Shown here one piece after another: positions 1 through 12,870 of a stretch of 50,848 nt of DNA (the first letter of the stretch is position 1; each line of letters opens with the position of its first letter). Source of the stretch: Octopus sinensis (Eukaryota); NCBI RefSeq assembly GCF_006345805.1, contig NW_021834017.1, positions 1-50,848 of the forward strand, read 5' to 3'. Made by a program: the position numbers and the translations under genes. The notes under the pieces were generated by a model. The model was not told where the DNA came from and ran no database searches. It worked only from the letters and a program-made list of their open reading frames with translations.

Positions 1-561
1 ACAATACAATGATTTGGGGTCATGTGGATGAAATGGAACTATTTATAGTGAAATCGAATGAGTTACAAGAACAAATAAAAAGGGACATATGAAGTGAAAA
101 GAACAGGATAGCCGACCCCATGAGCCCTGTTATTTTAACTGAAACCTTTTGGTAAGGGATCACGGCGTGTTCATGCAAGGCCTCTCACACCTAGCATCCG
201 TCTTTTTTTAAATGCAGACACATTTTCTCCAGCCCCACCACTATTTATGACGAGTGGTCCCTGTGCGCGCACACGCACTAGCTCGTCAAACCGGTCAGAA
301 AAACAAAATATAAAAATAGTGTAAAAACTTCCTCTAAACGAATATGGCAAAAAAAAAAAAAAAGGCGCGCTCGCGAAAGGGGTTGGGTGGGGGAGAGGAC
401 TCGGAAAATCCACATCGTGAATCTTACGGGTCTAACCCTGGCACAAAAGTGTAATAGGTGTAAAACAATTCCTATATATATACATACACCGGAGTAAACA
501 CATGTTAAAAAAGGTGGAAAAAAAGCGTACTCAAATACCATAAGTAGAGTAATATGCCTTA

Positions 562-712
562 TTTAAAAGCAGCAGAAATTCTAATGCTGCTACCCGGGGC
601 TTTACGCTTCCGTTCGCCGGACAGCCCCTCCGTATTTCAAACAAAACTGTCCGACAAACGGGAACGTGAAACCCCGAGCAGCAGCTTTTGTTAAACATCC
701 GCTGCTTTTAAA
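562..712. repeat. Imperfect inverted repeat / hairpin, probably an old MITE remnant
   Basis: Perfect 12-bp outer stem (562-573/701-712) and 39-bp inner stem (586-624/647-685) with 8 mismatches, all transitions. Confidence 0.7.
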
Positions 713-991
713 CAAAGTATGGAATATAAGTAAAAAAAAAAAACGTGTCTCATAAAAACATTCTCAAACACACCGGGACCACTCTGCTTAAACAGTACCG
801 CACACCTTGAGGTCAGCGGTTCCTGACCCCATACAAAAAAATCAGAGTATTCTTCGTCTTAATGAATATTGTGAGGGTGAAAGAATACTAAATAAAACAT
901 GCATTCGGCTCCAATGCCAAATGACATACTTTTGACAGATTATAAATCGCAAATATTAAGTCGAGAGAAGACAAATACGCAAAGTGTGAGA

Positions 992-1007
992 GGCCCTGAA
1001 AAGGGCC
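992..1007 (-). promoter_or_regulatory. Histone 3' stem-loop of H2A
   Basis: Minus strand reads GGCCCTTTTCAGGGCC, ~40 nt after the H2A stop; matches the conserved SLBP-binding hairpin. Confidence 0.97.
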
Positions 1008-1045
1008 GTTGATACGGATAAAGCAAAAAATGCCACCGAATTAAT

Positions 1046-1423
1046 TTACTTAGAAGCCTTCTGGGTTTTCTTGGGCAGAAGAACAGCCTGAATGTTGGGA
1101 AGAACACCACCCTGGGCGATGGTCACTCCGGACAAAAGTTTGTTCAATTCTTCGTCGTTACGGATGGCCAACTGCAAGTGACGGGGAATGATTCTCGATT
1201 TCTTGTTATCTCTGGCAGCATTTCCTGCCAATTCCAACACCTCAGCAGCCAAATATTCCATCACAGCGGCCAAGTAGACTGGGGCTCCGGCACCGACACG
1301 TTGGGCATAATTTCCCTTACGGAGAAGACGGTGGATACGACCGACAGGGAACTGAAGTCCGGCACGGGACGAACGGGTCTTGCTCTTTCCCTTTACTTTT
1401 CCTCCTTTACCACGTCCAGACAT
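1046..1423 (-). CDS. H2A: Histone H2A, replication-dependent
   Basis: Intronless 125-aa [12 protein letters not shown]...[15 protein letters not shown]...[12 protein letters not shown]; no C-terminal SQ motif, so not H2A.X; 3' stem-loop present. Confidence 0.99.
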   Translation of the reverse strand: MSGRGKGGKVKGKSKTRSSRAGLQFPVGRIHRLLRKGNYAQRVGAGAPVYLAAVMEYLAAEVLELAGNAARDNKKSRIIPRHLQLAIRNDEELNKLLSGVTIAQGGVLPNIQAVLLPKKTQKASK

Positions 1424-1692
1424 ATTTCAAAGTTCGACAGTAGTTCTCAGCAAAGAAGAGAGTTGGCGACTAAATACGAGGGCGGCTTTTGCCTTTAAAT
1501 AGCAGTCAGGAGGCTCCAGCAGTCACAAACTGCCGAGCGAAAAAGGAGCGGGTTTATGTCACGTGATTAGACTGCTGTCAAATTCCACCAATGAAATTGA
1601 TTGGCGCGAAACGTCAGCAAGGTGCTCGGCTGAGCCTACTTGTCAATTATAAATAGCGTGGACGAGGGTTGATTAGTAGAGCAAGTGACATT
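1424..1692. promoter_or_regulatory. Bidirectional H2A/H2B promoter
   Basis: TATTTAAA on minus (1494-1501), TATAAATA on plus (1648-1655), CCAAT 1588-1592, ATTGG 1600-1604, GTCACGTG 1558-1565. Confidence 0.8.
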
Positions 1693-2070
1693 ATGCCACC
1701 AGCACCAGCAACTGCTTCGAAAGGAGCCAAGAAGGCTTCCAAGGCCAAGACCTCTCGCCCTGCCGGGGACAAGAAACGTAAGAAGAAGAGGAAGGAAAGT
1801 TATTCCATCTACATCTACAAAGTGATGAAGCAAGTCCACCCGGACACTGGCATCTCCAGCAAAGCTATGTCCATCATGAACAGTTTTGTCAACGATCTGT
1901 TCGAAAGAATAGCTTCTGAATCCAGCCGCTTGGCTCACTACAACAAACGTTCGACCATCAGTAGCCGTGAGGTGCAGACTGCTGTCCGTCTTCTCCTTCC
2001 TGGTGAGTTGGCCAAACACGCCGTCTCTGAGGGTACCAAGGCCGTCACCAAATACACTAGCAGCAAATAA
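1693..2070 (+). CDS. H2B: Histone H2B, replication-dependent
   Basis: [14 protein letters not shown]...[27 protein letters not shown]...AVTKYTSSK, 125 aa from ATG 1693. The track start at 1669 lies only ~14 nt after the TATA box and is not ATG. Confidence 0.99.
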   Translation: MPPAPATASKGAKKASKAKTSRPAGDKKRKKKRKESYSIYIYKVMKQVHPDTGISSKAMSIMNSFVNDLFERIASESSRLAHYNKRSTISSREVQTAVRLLLPGELAKHAVSEGTKAVTKYTSSK

Positions 2071-2102
2071 ACCTGCTTCGTTTCTCTTCATCGAAGAATA
2101 AC

Positions 2103-2118
2103 GGTCCTTTTCAGGGCC
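2103..2118 (+). promoter_or_regulatory. Histone 3' stem-loop of H2B
   Basis: GGTCCTTTTCAGGGCC followed by ACCCA; one G-U pair in the stem. Confidence 0.97.
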
Positions 2119-2966
2119 ACCCACATTCTCATGAAAGTTAATTCAAATTTTCTGCCGATTTGCGATCCATGTTTTTGGGGTTAATTTCTCTAGACTTAGC
2201 GCAGGAGACAACAGCCATAGAATGGATTGGGGGAGGAAACATAATTTGTGTACATCGAAGCACAGGTATTTGTATACTCAGGCGAATATATAAACGAACA
2301 TGTTTGCAAGTTTTTAATGATACTTTTTTGAAATTTAAGAAATCCCTCCTCCAACTTCAATTTTGTCTTGTCTCCCCCAGCGCTAACCTTAACCGTAATT
2401 ACAGGATAGTTTGGATACTTTTGTCCGTATTTTTCCGCATATTTAGAATAAGTTAATTCCTAAAAGATTTCTGTAAAAAATGAAGGAAACGTGTGGTAGT
2501 TTAGAAATGTTGATTGTTATTTTTTTGCCAATTTATTTTGCAGATTCGAATTCACCGTAACCGAAAAAGGGGATTTGCGTCGAAGAAGTTTAAAAAGTGG
2601 GCGGTTTTGGGGTGGAGGCGAGCCCATTCATTTTTAAATATTTTAATCTATAAATTAAAACAAAACAGAAAACAGGCAAATTCTTGATACTTTTTAATTG
2701 CTCTCAGAAAAAGTTAAGGGCTTGTAACTAACAACCGTCTGGTACCTTCCTTATTTTCATATTTTAGTCATCAATAAGCAAGTAAAATTTCTTTATTATC
2801 CATACGGATTAACACAGATGGGGACAATACAATAAGCAAGTAAACAGGCCTAACGGGTGTACGAAGACCTGTGTGTAGTATTAAATGCGCCATCGTACCT
2901 CTTCCGTGTCCCCAAAAGAAGTCGGTGAGTTGGCCCGTATGAATAATAACCGAGTGTGAGAAGAAG

Positions 2967-4400
2967 GTATTCATTGTGAAATTTCAATAAAGGTTTTGTC
3001 TTGAGGTGAAAACGCGTGCATTCAGCAGCTGGGGTGTTTCTTACCAATACAATAAAACCTGGAGTAGAAACAGTACTATATATATATATATTTACTACTT
3101 GAATATGTCATGTTTTCCAATTTTATTAAAATAAACACAAAAGTTCTCGTTTAAAGGCAAAAAGGTAAGCCAAGTTTTCGTTTTTTTTAGTCTCATACAA
3201 CATTCTCTGTAATTGTCTGTCTTGTGTCCCGATCTATGTAAGATCGCATGATTATAATAAAGATTTTATACTAATATGAATGCAAAACACCACGGAGGAA
3301 TAAGTAAGCTTAAATAACTGACATAGCGACGAGGGACTGACTACTGTACCCTGAATATCGCCTGCTTTTCACGATAATGCGTGAGTGAAAGCAGGCACTC
3401 GCACACACCACATTATCTCTTATACGTAAAGGCGGCGAGCTGGCAGAAACGTTAGCACGCTGGGCGAAATGCGAAGCCGTATTTCGTCTGCCGTTACGTT
3501 CTGGGTTCAAATTCCGCCGAGGTCGACCTAGCCTTTCATCCTTTCGGGGTCGATAAATTAAGTACCAGTTACACACTGTATTCAGCAGCTGGGGTGTTTC
3601 TCACAATACAATAAAACCCGAAGTAGAAACCACTATATATATTTTCTAATTTTATTAAACAAAAATCACACAAAGTTCTCGTAAAGGCAAAAGTAAGCCA
3701 AGTTTTCGTTTCTGTCATATTACAACTAAATTTTTAAGTCTCATAACATTCTCTGTAATTGTCTATCTATGTAAGATCGCATGATTTTATATATGTATAT
3801 ACACATGTATGTATATATATACATGTATATACACATCTTTAATTAAACTATTGACCGCCTTAAAACGGATTTCAACAGACAAACTATTACTATAATGGAT
3901 AATATAAGCATAACTACTTATACCACATACACACACACACGTGTGTATGTGATCGCGGTGGTGGTCATTTGTGTAGATTTGGTGTGATTTCCTTTTTAAA
4001 ACAAAATAATGAATAATGCAAGTATATATTTATTTATAAGGTTTAAACAGAACATGGAATGAAATGTTTTAAACTGAACTAATAACCGACTGAGAATTTA
4101 TTAAGTTATTTATGTGAAATTTCAATAAGGTTTTGCCTCGTTGAGGTGTAACGCCTGCAGTTAGCAGCTGGGTTTGTTTGTCATCAGTACAATAATCCCT
4201 CCAACACCGAAAATCTGATGAAATACTATATATTTCTTTATTATTTCAATAAACTATTTCTAAATGCAAACCACCACGGAGGAATCGTTAGCTTAAATAA
4301 CTGATATAGCGACGAGGGACTACTGCTGTACATTGAATATCGTTTGCTTCTCACGATGTGTCAGTGAAAGCACACACCCATTACCTTTTATACGTAAAGA
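2967..4400 (+). repeat. Diverged, partially triplicated spacer module between H2B and H4
   Basis: CAGCAGCTGGG block recurs at ~3022, ~3584 and ~4163; the ACCACGGAGGAAT...AGCGACGAGGGACT block recurs at ~3288 and ~4273. Confidence 0.75.
3431..3578 (+). mobile_element. tRNA-derived SINE family A, 3'-truncated
   Basis: Head GGCGGCGAGCTGGCAGAAACGTTAGC with B-box-like GGGTTCAAATTCC; same family as copies at 9255, 11510, 11688 and 20716. Confidence 0.85.
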
Positions 4401-4872
4401 TGTATTTACAGTAATACCTTAATAAGCTTAACACACAGCCACCAAAACAAAAAATCTTATAGCGGTAAAAAGTGTATATTTCTTTATTATCCATACGGAT
4501 TAACATAGATGGGGACAATACAATGTTTGGGGTCAACATGGAACTTTTTACAATGAAATCGGATGAGTTATTTATAAAGGAATGAAATTACAATGAAAAT
4601 TAAATAGGGAAAAGTAAACAATGAAGATAAAAAGCGGTAAAAAGTGTAGACAGATTCAACCCTGCACCCGGATTAAAGTATTGCAGTCTCCAAATGCGGC
4701 CAGAGTTCTGACAGAAGCACGTAGCAAAACCGCCAACTTTTCCCACTTTTATGAAATTTCCTAACATTTCCGATTGTCTTCAGCACAATGGAACGATTAT
4801 GCAATAACAAAGCTCATTAACGATATTAGCAGAGACAGCCGTCCGATCCCATGAATATCGGAGGGAAATATG

Positions 4873-5057
4873 GGTACTACTTAAGAAGCGTGGTCCTGGT
4901 GCGCGCACTCGCAATTAGTCGATCCTTATTTTGTATGTTTTTTATTTACTTTGTGTAAAAAAAATTATTTTACCTTGCTAGGTAGTCGTCGTAGGATCGA
5001 CTATTCACGATTAGCTAACGCGAGTGCGCGCGCACCGGGATCTTCTTGAGTAGTACC
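4873..5057. mobile_element. MITE with GGTACTAC...GTAGTACC termini
   Basis: Terminal IR, plus inner IRs GGTGCGCGC/GCGCGCACC and TAGTCGATCCT/AGGATCGACTA; second copy at 9805-9985. Confidence 0.75.
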
Positions 5058-5943
5058 GAAATACGTAGCCAAAAACTAACTCCAACCGCATTAAGAGGCT
5101 GCAGATTTTCACCACTGAACAATCGATTATAGTTAGCAAAGTACATCTTGTCTATTAGATTGGTGACCGGGTACTAAACTTAATGTAACCAAAGTTACGG
5201 CTACCAATAATGCTCCTAAGTGTTACTAGACTTTCTAAAGAGAAATCTACAAGTCTCTGTGAATCAGCAATCGCATCCAAGTGTTTGCACAGAATATTCT
5301 GCACTAGGGCGATGCAAGTGTCCCGAAATATCTGATTTAACGATAAGAAAACGCAGATGGTCTGGGGGCAAATACTTCGTGCAGCCGATCCCCTAACCGT
5401 GACGTGTATTTGCCATTTAAATATGGCTAACCCCTAAGGGTGGATGCTACTGTAGTTTGTAGCCACAGGAGGACACCTCCGGTTGGCTTTAGACACTCTC
5501 TGTGCCCTATCAGTATTTGCAAAGGCAAGCCACCTTCCAGTCTTCTACTTATGATACACACGGACTAGAGCTTACCCCTAACGCTTTCCCGAAAAGGCGT
5601 AACTTCGGAAGAAGTACCGGATACATTTCAACAAACTGTATTTATATATATAGGGGATTCAAGGTTGGTGGGAGTAAAGGGTTTATCTTCAGAAATGTAA
5701 CAAAGCCACTTACGGTAGTTATACCGAAAGATCGCCCCCGAAAAGTGTGGACCGAATCACACCACCAAAGTAATATTTCGTAACGGGTCGTACACCGGTG
5801 TGAAATAATTTTTTTCCCCAAAAGGGTGTGAACAAAGTTTTCCCACCAAGGGGCGCGTTAAATACCAGTAGTTGCAAAATAACAATAAACACAGAAGAAG
5901 CACATCGCGATTTCAGAGAGTTGACTTAAATCAAAAAGTGGGT

Positions 5944-5959
5944 GGCCCTGAAAAGGGCC
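5944..5959 (-). promoter_or_regulatory. Histone 3' stem-loop of H4
   Basis: Minus strand GGCCCTTTTCAGGGCC followed by ACCCA. Confidence 0.97.
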
Positions 5960-5992
5960 GGTATGTTCTTGAATAAGCTTAGGAATGTTCAC

Positions 5993-6992
<1,000 letters not shown>

Positions 6993-7021
6993 GTCGCCGT
7001 TGCTTTGTCAGCATATTAAAT

Positions 7022-7037
7022 GGCCCTTTTTAGGGCC
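7022..7037 (+). promoter_or_regulatory. Histone 3' stem-loop of H3
   Basis: GGCCCTTTTTAGGGCC, 30 nt after the stop; loop is TTTT rather than TTTC. Confidence 0.95.
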
Positions 7038-7194
7038 GCCACGTTATATCCTAAGTATTCTCTTTCGATCGTTGATATGCTAATCGTTTATGTTTGTTCA
7101 GTTTCTGTCTTCCCTTAGTTTTTCTTGGTCAATGTTAAGGTCCTCGCTCCTTAGCGAAAACAGGAGAAATTCCAGCCAGCTGGGTGTTAGCAAT

Positions 7195-7720
7195 TGGGAT
7201 CTTTTCGGTTTGAACGGCAGTTTTTAACATAGTTTCTAGGTAACTAAGAGCTTTTAAACTTCGTATACTGGTAGAATGTGTTTGTAAAACTGACGTCTAT
7301 TGAGGTAACGGTGTTTCTGTGGCTTTGTTTCAGTTTAAATCGAAGTTCTAAGTTTGTAGAACGATACATAAAATACATATTATTTGAGTAAATTTTTAAT
7401 ATTTACTCTATGCGACCTCATATAGCATCTTTGTCTTATGTTTGTCTTGTATTGTCTCATTTTATATAAAATCGCCATGATCATGATAGAGATACTCTGT
7501 TGAGGTAAGGAAACGTTCTGTGCCGTATGAATATGTCCCTCGTTTAAGAAACAGATTGGGTTTATTTACATTTCTGAAGAGAAAATGATATCCTTTACCC
7601 ACTAACTCTAAAACATTGAAATGCAATAGATCGATATTAGGGTCATAGTTATGGGTAATAATTTCATGACACCGCTAGAAAGAACTGCCGTTTAAACCGA
7701 AAAGTTCCAGTAATTGTGTA
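7195..7720. mobile_element. Compact, unamplified relative of the 13.1-15.5 kb foldback element
   Basis: Contains one diverged partial monomer (GGGATCTTTTCGGTTTGAACGGCAG...), the same central segment (GAATATGTCCCTCGTTTAAGAAACAGATTGGG...ATTGAAATGCAATAGATCGAT) and an inverted monomer end at ~7683-7707. Confidence 0.75.
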
Positions 7721-8079
7721 GAAATCGAATATGAATAGAAAGGATTTGCGCAAACGATCCTGACGGGTGGGGACCGGCATCCGATTTTCCCCTTATAATG
7801 CACATTTTCAGTTCCAAAAGCATATGATGTTTTGCGCTGGGTATTTTTTGTTATTTCCGCACTTATTTTTTTGTATCTTTACTTTGTCGTTACTGCGGGA
7901 GATTTCTGATAGAAAAATGTGCAAAGGTGAGTGGATTAATTACATGATTTTTTTGTACTGTTATCGCAGTTTTGGAGATTTGGCTGTTATTTCTGGCACG
8001 CGGATAGCCTGCTTGTTGCCGACGGGGAATACGAATTTGCAAAAGTAGACATTTCTATTATATAACCCCCACTTATTTC

Positions 8080-8455
8080 GGCAATCTTTCGTCTCTAGTA
8101 GACATTTCCGTAAAATTTTTTTTACATATGGGCTTGCGGGAACTTTTGAAGTAATGAGAGCGAAAGAGACTAAGAGAAAGCGATTTTATGACGAGGGAAG
8201 TTCTTTTGAAGTTACCGTGCATGGCAAGCATTGATGTACATGTGTGTTTGATGGGGTGTGGGAGAGAGACAGTATGTTGTGTAAGTGAAGTGCTTCTGTT
8301 AGTGTGTGTGAAAGAAAGAGATAACTGGAATTTTTTACTCGGTGTATGTGTATATGTATGTATATTACTTCAAAAGTTCCCGCAAGCCCATATGTAAAAA
8401 AAAGATTTTGTTTACGGAAATCGACGGAAAGGTCTACTAGAGACGAAAGATCGCC
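8080..8455. mobile_element. MITE with GGCGATCTTTCGTCTCTAGTAGAC TIRs
   Basis: 24-bp TIRs with 1 mismatch plus inner IRs; flanked by an exact 30-bp direct repeat (8050-8079 = 8456-8485). Confidence 0.85.
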
Positions 8456-8746
8456 CATTTCTATTATATAACCCCCACTTATTTCCTTCGTTCTTCACTA
8501 ATTTTTTTTCAAAATGTGCGGAGATTCTGATTCTGAAAGAGTTTCCAAATGTCTGTAAAATTTGGCATTCCTTCGATCGGGTATTTCCGTGGGTTGTGGA
8601 GTTTAGGTGTAACGAAATTATGCCAGCAATGTCTCGTTTTAAACTCGAAGTAAAAATAGCCTTGCATATTTGTTCTTACCCGTTTCATGTGTGTATGAAA
8701 AATCCGCAAATTCCCAAGCAGAAAGCAAACTGTAAGATTTTTGAAG

Positions 8747-8950
8747 GGGTTCATTCCCACTGCGTGGCACCTTGGGCAGGTGTCTTCTGCTATAGCCTCG
8801 GGCCGACCAAAGCCTTGTGAGTGGATTTGGTAGAGGCCTGTCGTATATATGTGTGTGTCTTACAAAGAATAAGTCCTGGGGTCGATTTGCTCGACTAACG
8901 GCGGTGCTCCGGTATGGCCACGGTCAAGTGGCTGAAACAAGTAAAAGAGT
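8747..8950 (+). mobile_element. tRNA-derived SINE family B, internally deleted
   Basis: GGGTTCA(T)TCCCACTGCGTGGCACCTTGGGCA...GTGAGTGGATTTGGTAGA joined to the GGCGGTGCTCC...GAAACAAGTAAAAGAGT tail. Confidence 0.85.
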
Positions 8951-9254
8951 TACGGTGTTAGGGTTAGTGTCGGGGAGAAAAGTCAAAATTGAAGAAGTTG
9001 GTGACGGTGGGAATTTCACAATGACGATTTTGGGCAAAAAAAGGGTTACAAAAATAAACAAATTTGGGAGAAGATGGGCTAGGGACGGGTGGAAGTCTTT
9101 CTACGTGGCCCGTCCCCAAAACGCTAAACATAGCAGCTGCTATCCCTCACCTGGACGAAGCACTGACACGTCCTGCACTCACGGATTCCCCGATTGAAAA
9201 GGGCGCAATCGTACCCTGCTTGTGCGTGCTTCCTCCTCTGCTCAGCTCCCTAAC

Positions 9255-9635
9255 CTATTTCTTTACTGCCCACAAGGGGCTAAGCACAGAGGGGGACAGA
9301 CAGGTATTAAGTCGATTGCATCGACCCCAGTGCATAACTGGTACTTAATTTACCGATCCCGAAAGGATGAAAGGCAAAGCCGACCTCGGCGGAATTTGAA
9401 CTCACAACGTAACTGCAGACGAAATACCTATTTTTTTATTACCCACAAGGGGCTAAACATAGAGGGGACAGACATAGGTATTATATCGACCCCAGTGCGG
9501 AACTGGTACTTAATTTGTCGACCCCGAAAGGATGAAAGGCAAAGTCAACCTCGGCGGAATTTGAACTCACAACGTAACTGCAGACGAAATACCGCTAAGC
9601 ATTTCGTCCGGTGTGCTAACGTTTCTGCTAGCTCG
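9255..9635 (-). mobile_element. SINE family A, tandem dimer
   Basis: Two head-to-tail copies (9255-9428, 9428-9635); tail reads CCCCTTGTGGG...AAAGAAATAG on minus. Confidence 0.88.
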
Positions 9636-9804
9636 ACATCATCCCAGAGTTCTGAGTTCATATTCCGTCAGGGTCGATAAAGTAAGTCCCAATTGACTAG
9701 ACCCCCATCCGCCAAATTTCAGGGCTTGTGCCTCTAGAAGAAGGATATTTTTTAGTAGGAGGGATGGTTTAGTGTGAGAAAATGTTAGTAATTGTACACG
9801 GTTG

Positions 9805-9985
9805 GGTACTACTAGCTAACAGTGGTTCAGGTGCGCGCAAGCTAGACATAAGTAATCGATCCTAAATAATTTTTTAAACTAAGTAAATGAATTATTTTTA
9901 TAAACAAAGGTTAGGGTTAAAAAGTCGTAGGATCGACTACCTGCGTCTAGCTAGCGCACTGGGACCACTGTTCGCTAGTAGTACC
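9805..9985. mobile_element. MITE, GGTACTAC family
   Basis: GGTACTACTAGCTAACAGTGGT / ACCACTGTTCGCTAGTAGTACC IR, inner ATCGATCCT/AGGATCGAC. Confidence 0.75.
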
Positions 9986-11171
9986 AAGAAAGCAGCTCCA
10001 TATAATATTCCAAAAAAAAATTCCAGCATTGATTAGAGGAAGGGATTAGATCTGAGAGAAATTTGTGTTGGTATTAATTCATTGAAAGACGATAAGGAAA
10101 ATTAGTGAGTAAAGGGAGATAAGCAAGGGCATGAGCCTAATTACGGGAAAAAGAAGCATTCGATCTTTAGATGGCTTCATAGGCTTATAACGGTGGTGGA
10201 TCTCCGTCGTTTCACTAGGAAGAGTCAATCTTTTGGTCAACTGATTTACTTGCACTTCATTGAGTATTTGCTGGTGTACAAGATGCATCCTTACTTTAGC
10301 AGAATATTTAGGGCAGAAACCAGATTAATACGTTTCGTCATTCAGCCATTGGAAAACGTTTTAAAGTAGTTTTGTAGAGAAAATGTGTCTGGTGCAATGT
10401 AAAAAGCAGTGAAATCTCATAAAGCAAAGCAATAATTTCCCATAGAAGCAATGTTATAAATTGTAATTCATTCCCAGAAAAATATTTTACCAATAAAATT
10501 TATAATACTTGTAAATAAATGACAATAAAACAACAGTAGAATGTAAAGAATATTTTATGTAAAGTCAAAACAATGTCAAGATCATTTAGAATAGATAAAA
10601 TATTATTATTATAATTGTTTTCAGATATATAGAGAGAAATGGATGGTGATGGAGATTATGAGGACATACACAAAAAGTAGACGTGGTGGGGGAATATTAG
10701 TGGTACAGAGGATAGAGGGGATGTTTCATAGAAGTGTGAGGGGCTTATGAATGTGTGTGTGTGTTACTATATCCTTGCCTTGAGACTGTGTGATAATTGT
10801 AAACGAGTGTCACTGTCATACAAGCAGTGTCCATCTCCAATCTGACATAAAAACATGTCTGGTCATGGGGAAATACCTTAGTTTGGCTAGAAGGATATTG
10901 AGCTTAACTTGATAAGCAGCTGATCTAGGAAGCGGGGCCTCATATCAGTGAGGGGAGGGCGGTGCGCATTGATGCCATCGAGAGGTAGGCCCCGAAACGG
11001 TGTGCATTCTCTCCTGATGACCCCATACACTTGCTGGCTTCAGGTATACGGAGCTTTTGACTGGTAGCACTTGAATGTGCAAGTTGTTTGCAAGACATCA
11101 GGTGAAGGTTGGCCACAGGAGGGACATCAGCCCCAAGAAAATTCACCTCAAAAAATTTCATCATGGAAGAA

Positions 11172-11512
11172 TGTATTTCTTTACAACCCACAAGGGGCTA
11201 AACACAGAGGGGACAAAGAAATAGAAATGAACTCTGAACAGCCCTCAGCTTGTTAGCACCTTTCTAACCATCCAAGCCATGCCAGCGTGTAAAATAGACA
11301 AAGGTGCTAACAAGCTGAGGGCTGTTCAGGGTTCATTTCTATTTCTTATTACCCACAAGGGGCTAAACACAGAGGGGACAAAGAAATAGAAATGAACTCT
11401 GAACAGCCCTCAGCTTGTTAGCACCTTTCTAACCATCCAAGCCATGCCAGCGTGTAAAATAGACAAAGGTGCTAACAAGCTGAGGGCTGTTCAGGGTTCA
11501 TTTCTATTTCTT
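11172..11512. repeat. Two tandem 165-bp units, each a SINE-A tail plus a 132-bp hairpin
   Basis: Hairpins 11216-11347 and 11381-11512; 48-bp arms with 1 mismatch and a 36-nt loop; the two hairpins look identical. Confidence 0.9.
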
Positions 11513-11899
11513 AATTACCGACAAGGGGCTAAACACAGAAGAGACAAACAAGGACGGACATAGGTATTAAGTCGATTATATCGACCCCAGTGCGTAACTG
11601 GTACTTAATTCATTGACCCCGAAAGGATAAAAGGCAAAGTCGACCTCGGCGGAATTTGAACTCACAACGTAACGGCAGCCGAAATACATATTTCTTTATT
11701 ACCCATAAGGGGCTAAACACATAGGGGACAAACAAGGACGGACAAAGGGATTAAGTCGATTACATCGACCTCAGTGCGTAACTGGTACTTATTTGATCGA
11801 CCCCGGAAGGATGAAAGGCAATGTCGACCTCGGCGGAATTTGAACTCTGAACGTAACGACAGCCGAAATTCCGACCGGCGTGCTAACGATTCTACCAGC
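11510..11899 (-). mobile_element. SINE family A, tandem dimer
   Basis: Copies at ~11510-11687 and 11688-11899, same architecture as 9255-9635. Confidence 0.88.
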
Positions 11900-12305
11900 C
11901 TTACGGGAATGAGATGTATCGACGCTGATATGCTTCGACCAATGGTTAACATTTCAAAGGTTTGCTGTTCCACACGAATTACTAGTTTGTCAACTGATAA
12001 ACATATTTACAAGTGTCCAGAAAGATAAGGGGTCTTTGATTGCGGCATTTTACTTCATTCTCAACTCCTTTTGATTTCGGTCGAGACGCATGTTCTAGCC
12101 TCTTGAATAGTTACTCAGACAGGAGACAAAAGATCAATCTAAAGCAATCTTCCTTTAAATAACGAACGAATATCTTTGTTTTACCGTTTAGTGATCGAGG
12201 TAAGAGCCGCGGGTTCGAGTTCCTATTCTTAGCTTATGAAAGAAATCACAGAGCGAGGGCAGCTAAGATTCAGAGTGGTCTCCCTTGTGCCGTTGTGTTT
12301 AAAAG

Positions 12306-12690
12306 TCCAACTATAATACAAAAAGCCGAAGTTGTCTCTGTGTGTGGCAGGTTTGGTAGCCTTCGATTAACACCATCTCCTCCGAGACCCTGCGGCGCAA
12401 GTTGACCAAAATTGAGAGTATGATAGAAGAAGGCTCGCTCTTCATTCCGTAGAAGAAAAAATTCAAATCGGATCAAGTTAACAATAAAAATTATTTACAT
12501 CAAAAAATGCTTTTTTCTATGAAAATCCCTATTTTTTACGATTTTTTCACTGCTGTGTCGCCACTTTTCGGTGTATTTCAACCAGAAAAATGTTCACTTA
12601 AAGAGAATAACAAGCTACATAATGCAAAATTTTTACTTTTCAAAAATCCAATTCTAAAGGGTCGAAACAAACCCGGGCAATAACTGCTAG
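12306..12690 (+). mobile_element. Non-autonomous Helitron
   Basis: Head AAAAGCCGAAGTTGTC...; 3' end AAACCCGGGCAATAACTG-CTAG|T, typical of Helitrons; 5' boundary approximate. Confidence 0.7.
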
Positions 12691-12870
12691 TATATATATA
12701 AAGCTGAAGTTGTCTGTGTGTGGTAGATTTGGTAGCCTTCAACTAACACTATCTCCTCCGAGACCCTGCGACGCAAGTTGACCAAAGTTGAGAGTATGAT
12801 AGAAGAAGGCTTTTTATTTTCGTTTTGTTTTTCAGAAATTAGAACAGATAAATTTGGTGGGTGGAGCATA
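12691..12870 (+). mobile_element. Second Helitron head abutting the first element's CTAG
   Basis: TATATATATAAAGCTGAAGTTGTCTGTGTGTG... is homologous to 12311-12440 and to a fragment at 49042-49125. Confidence 0.65.

Noticed and set aside
2119-5943. Histone H1 or 5S rRNA in the histone spacer (as in some bivalve repeats)
   Set aside because: No Lys/Ala-rich ORF, no additional stem-loop, and no 5S-like sequence found by eye.
12060-12190. Minus-strand IFVRYLKED as an hAT transposase fragment
   Set aside because: A single short motif with no supporting flanking similarity.
12190-12225. B-box-like GGTTCGAGTTCC, and the tRNA-like heads of SINEs A-C, as tRNA genes
   Set aside because: No complete cloverleaf; the heads run into repeat bodies.
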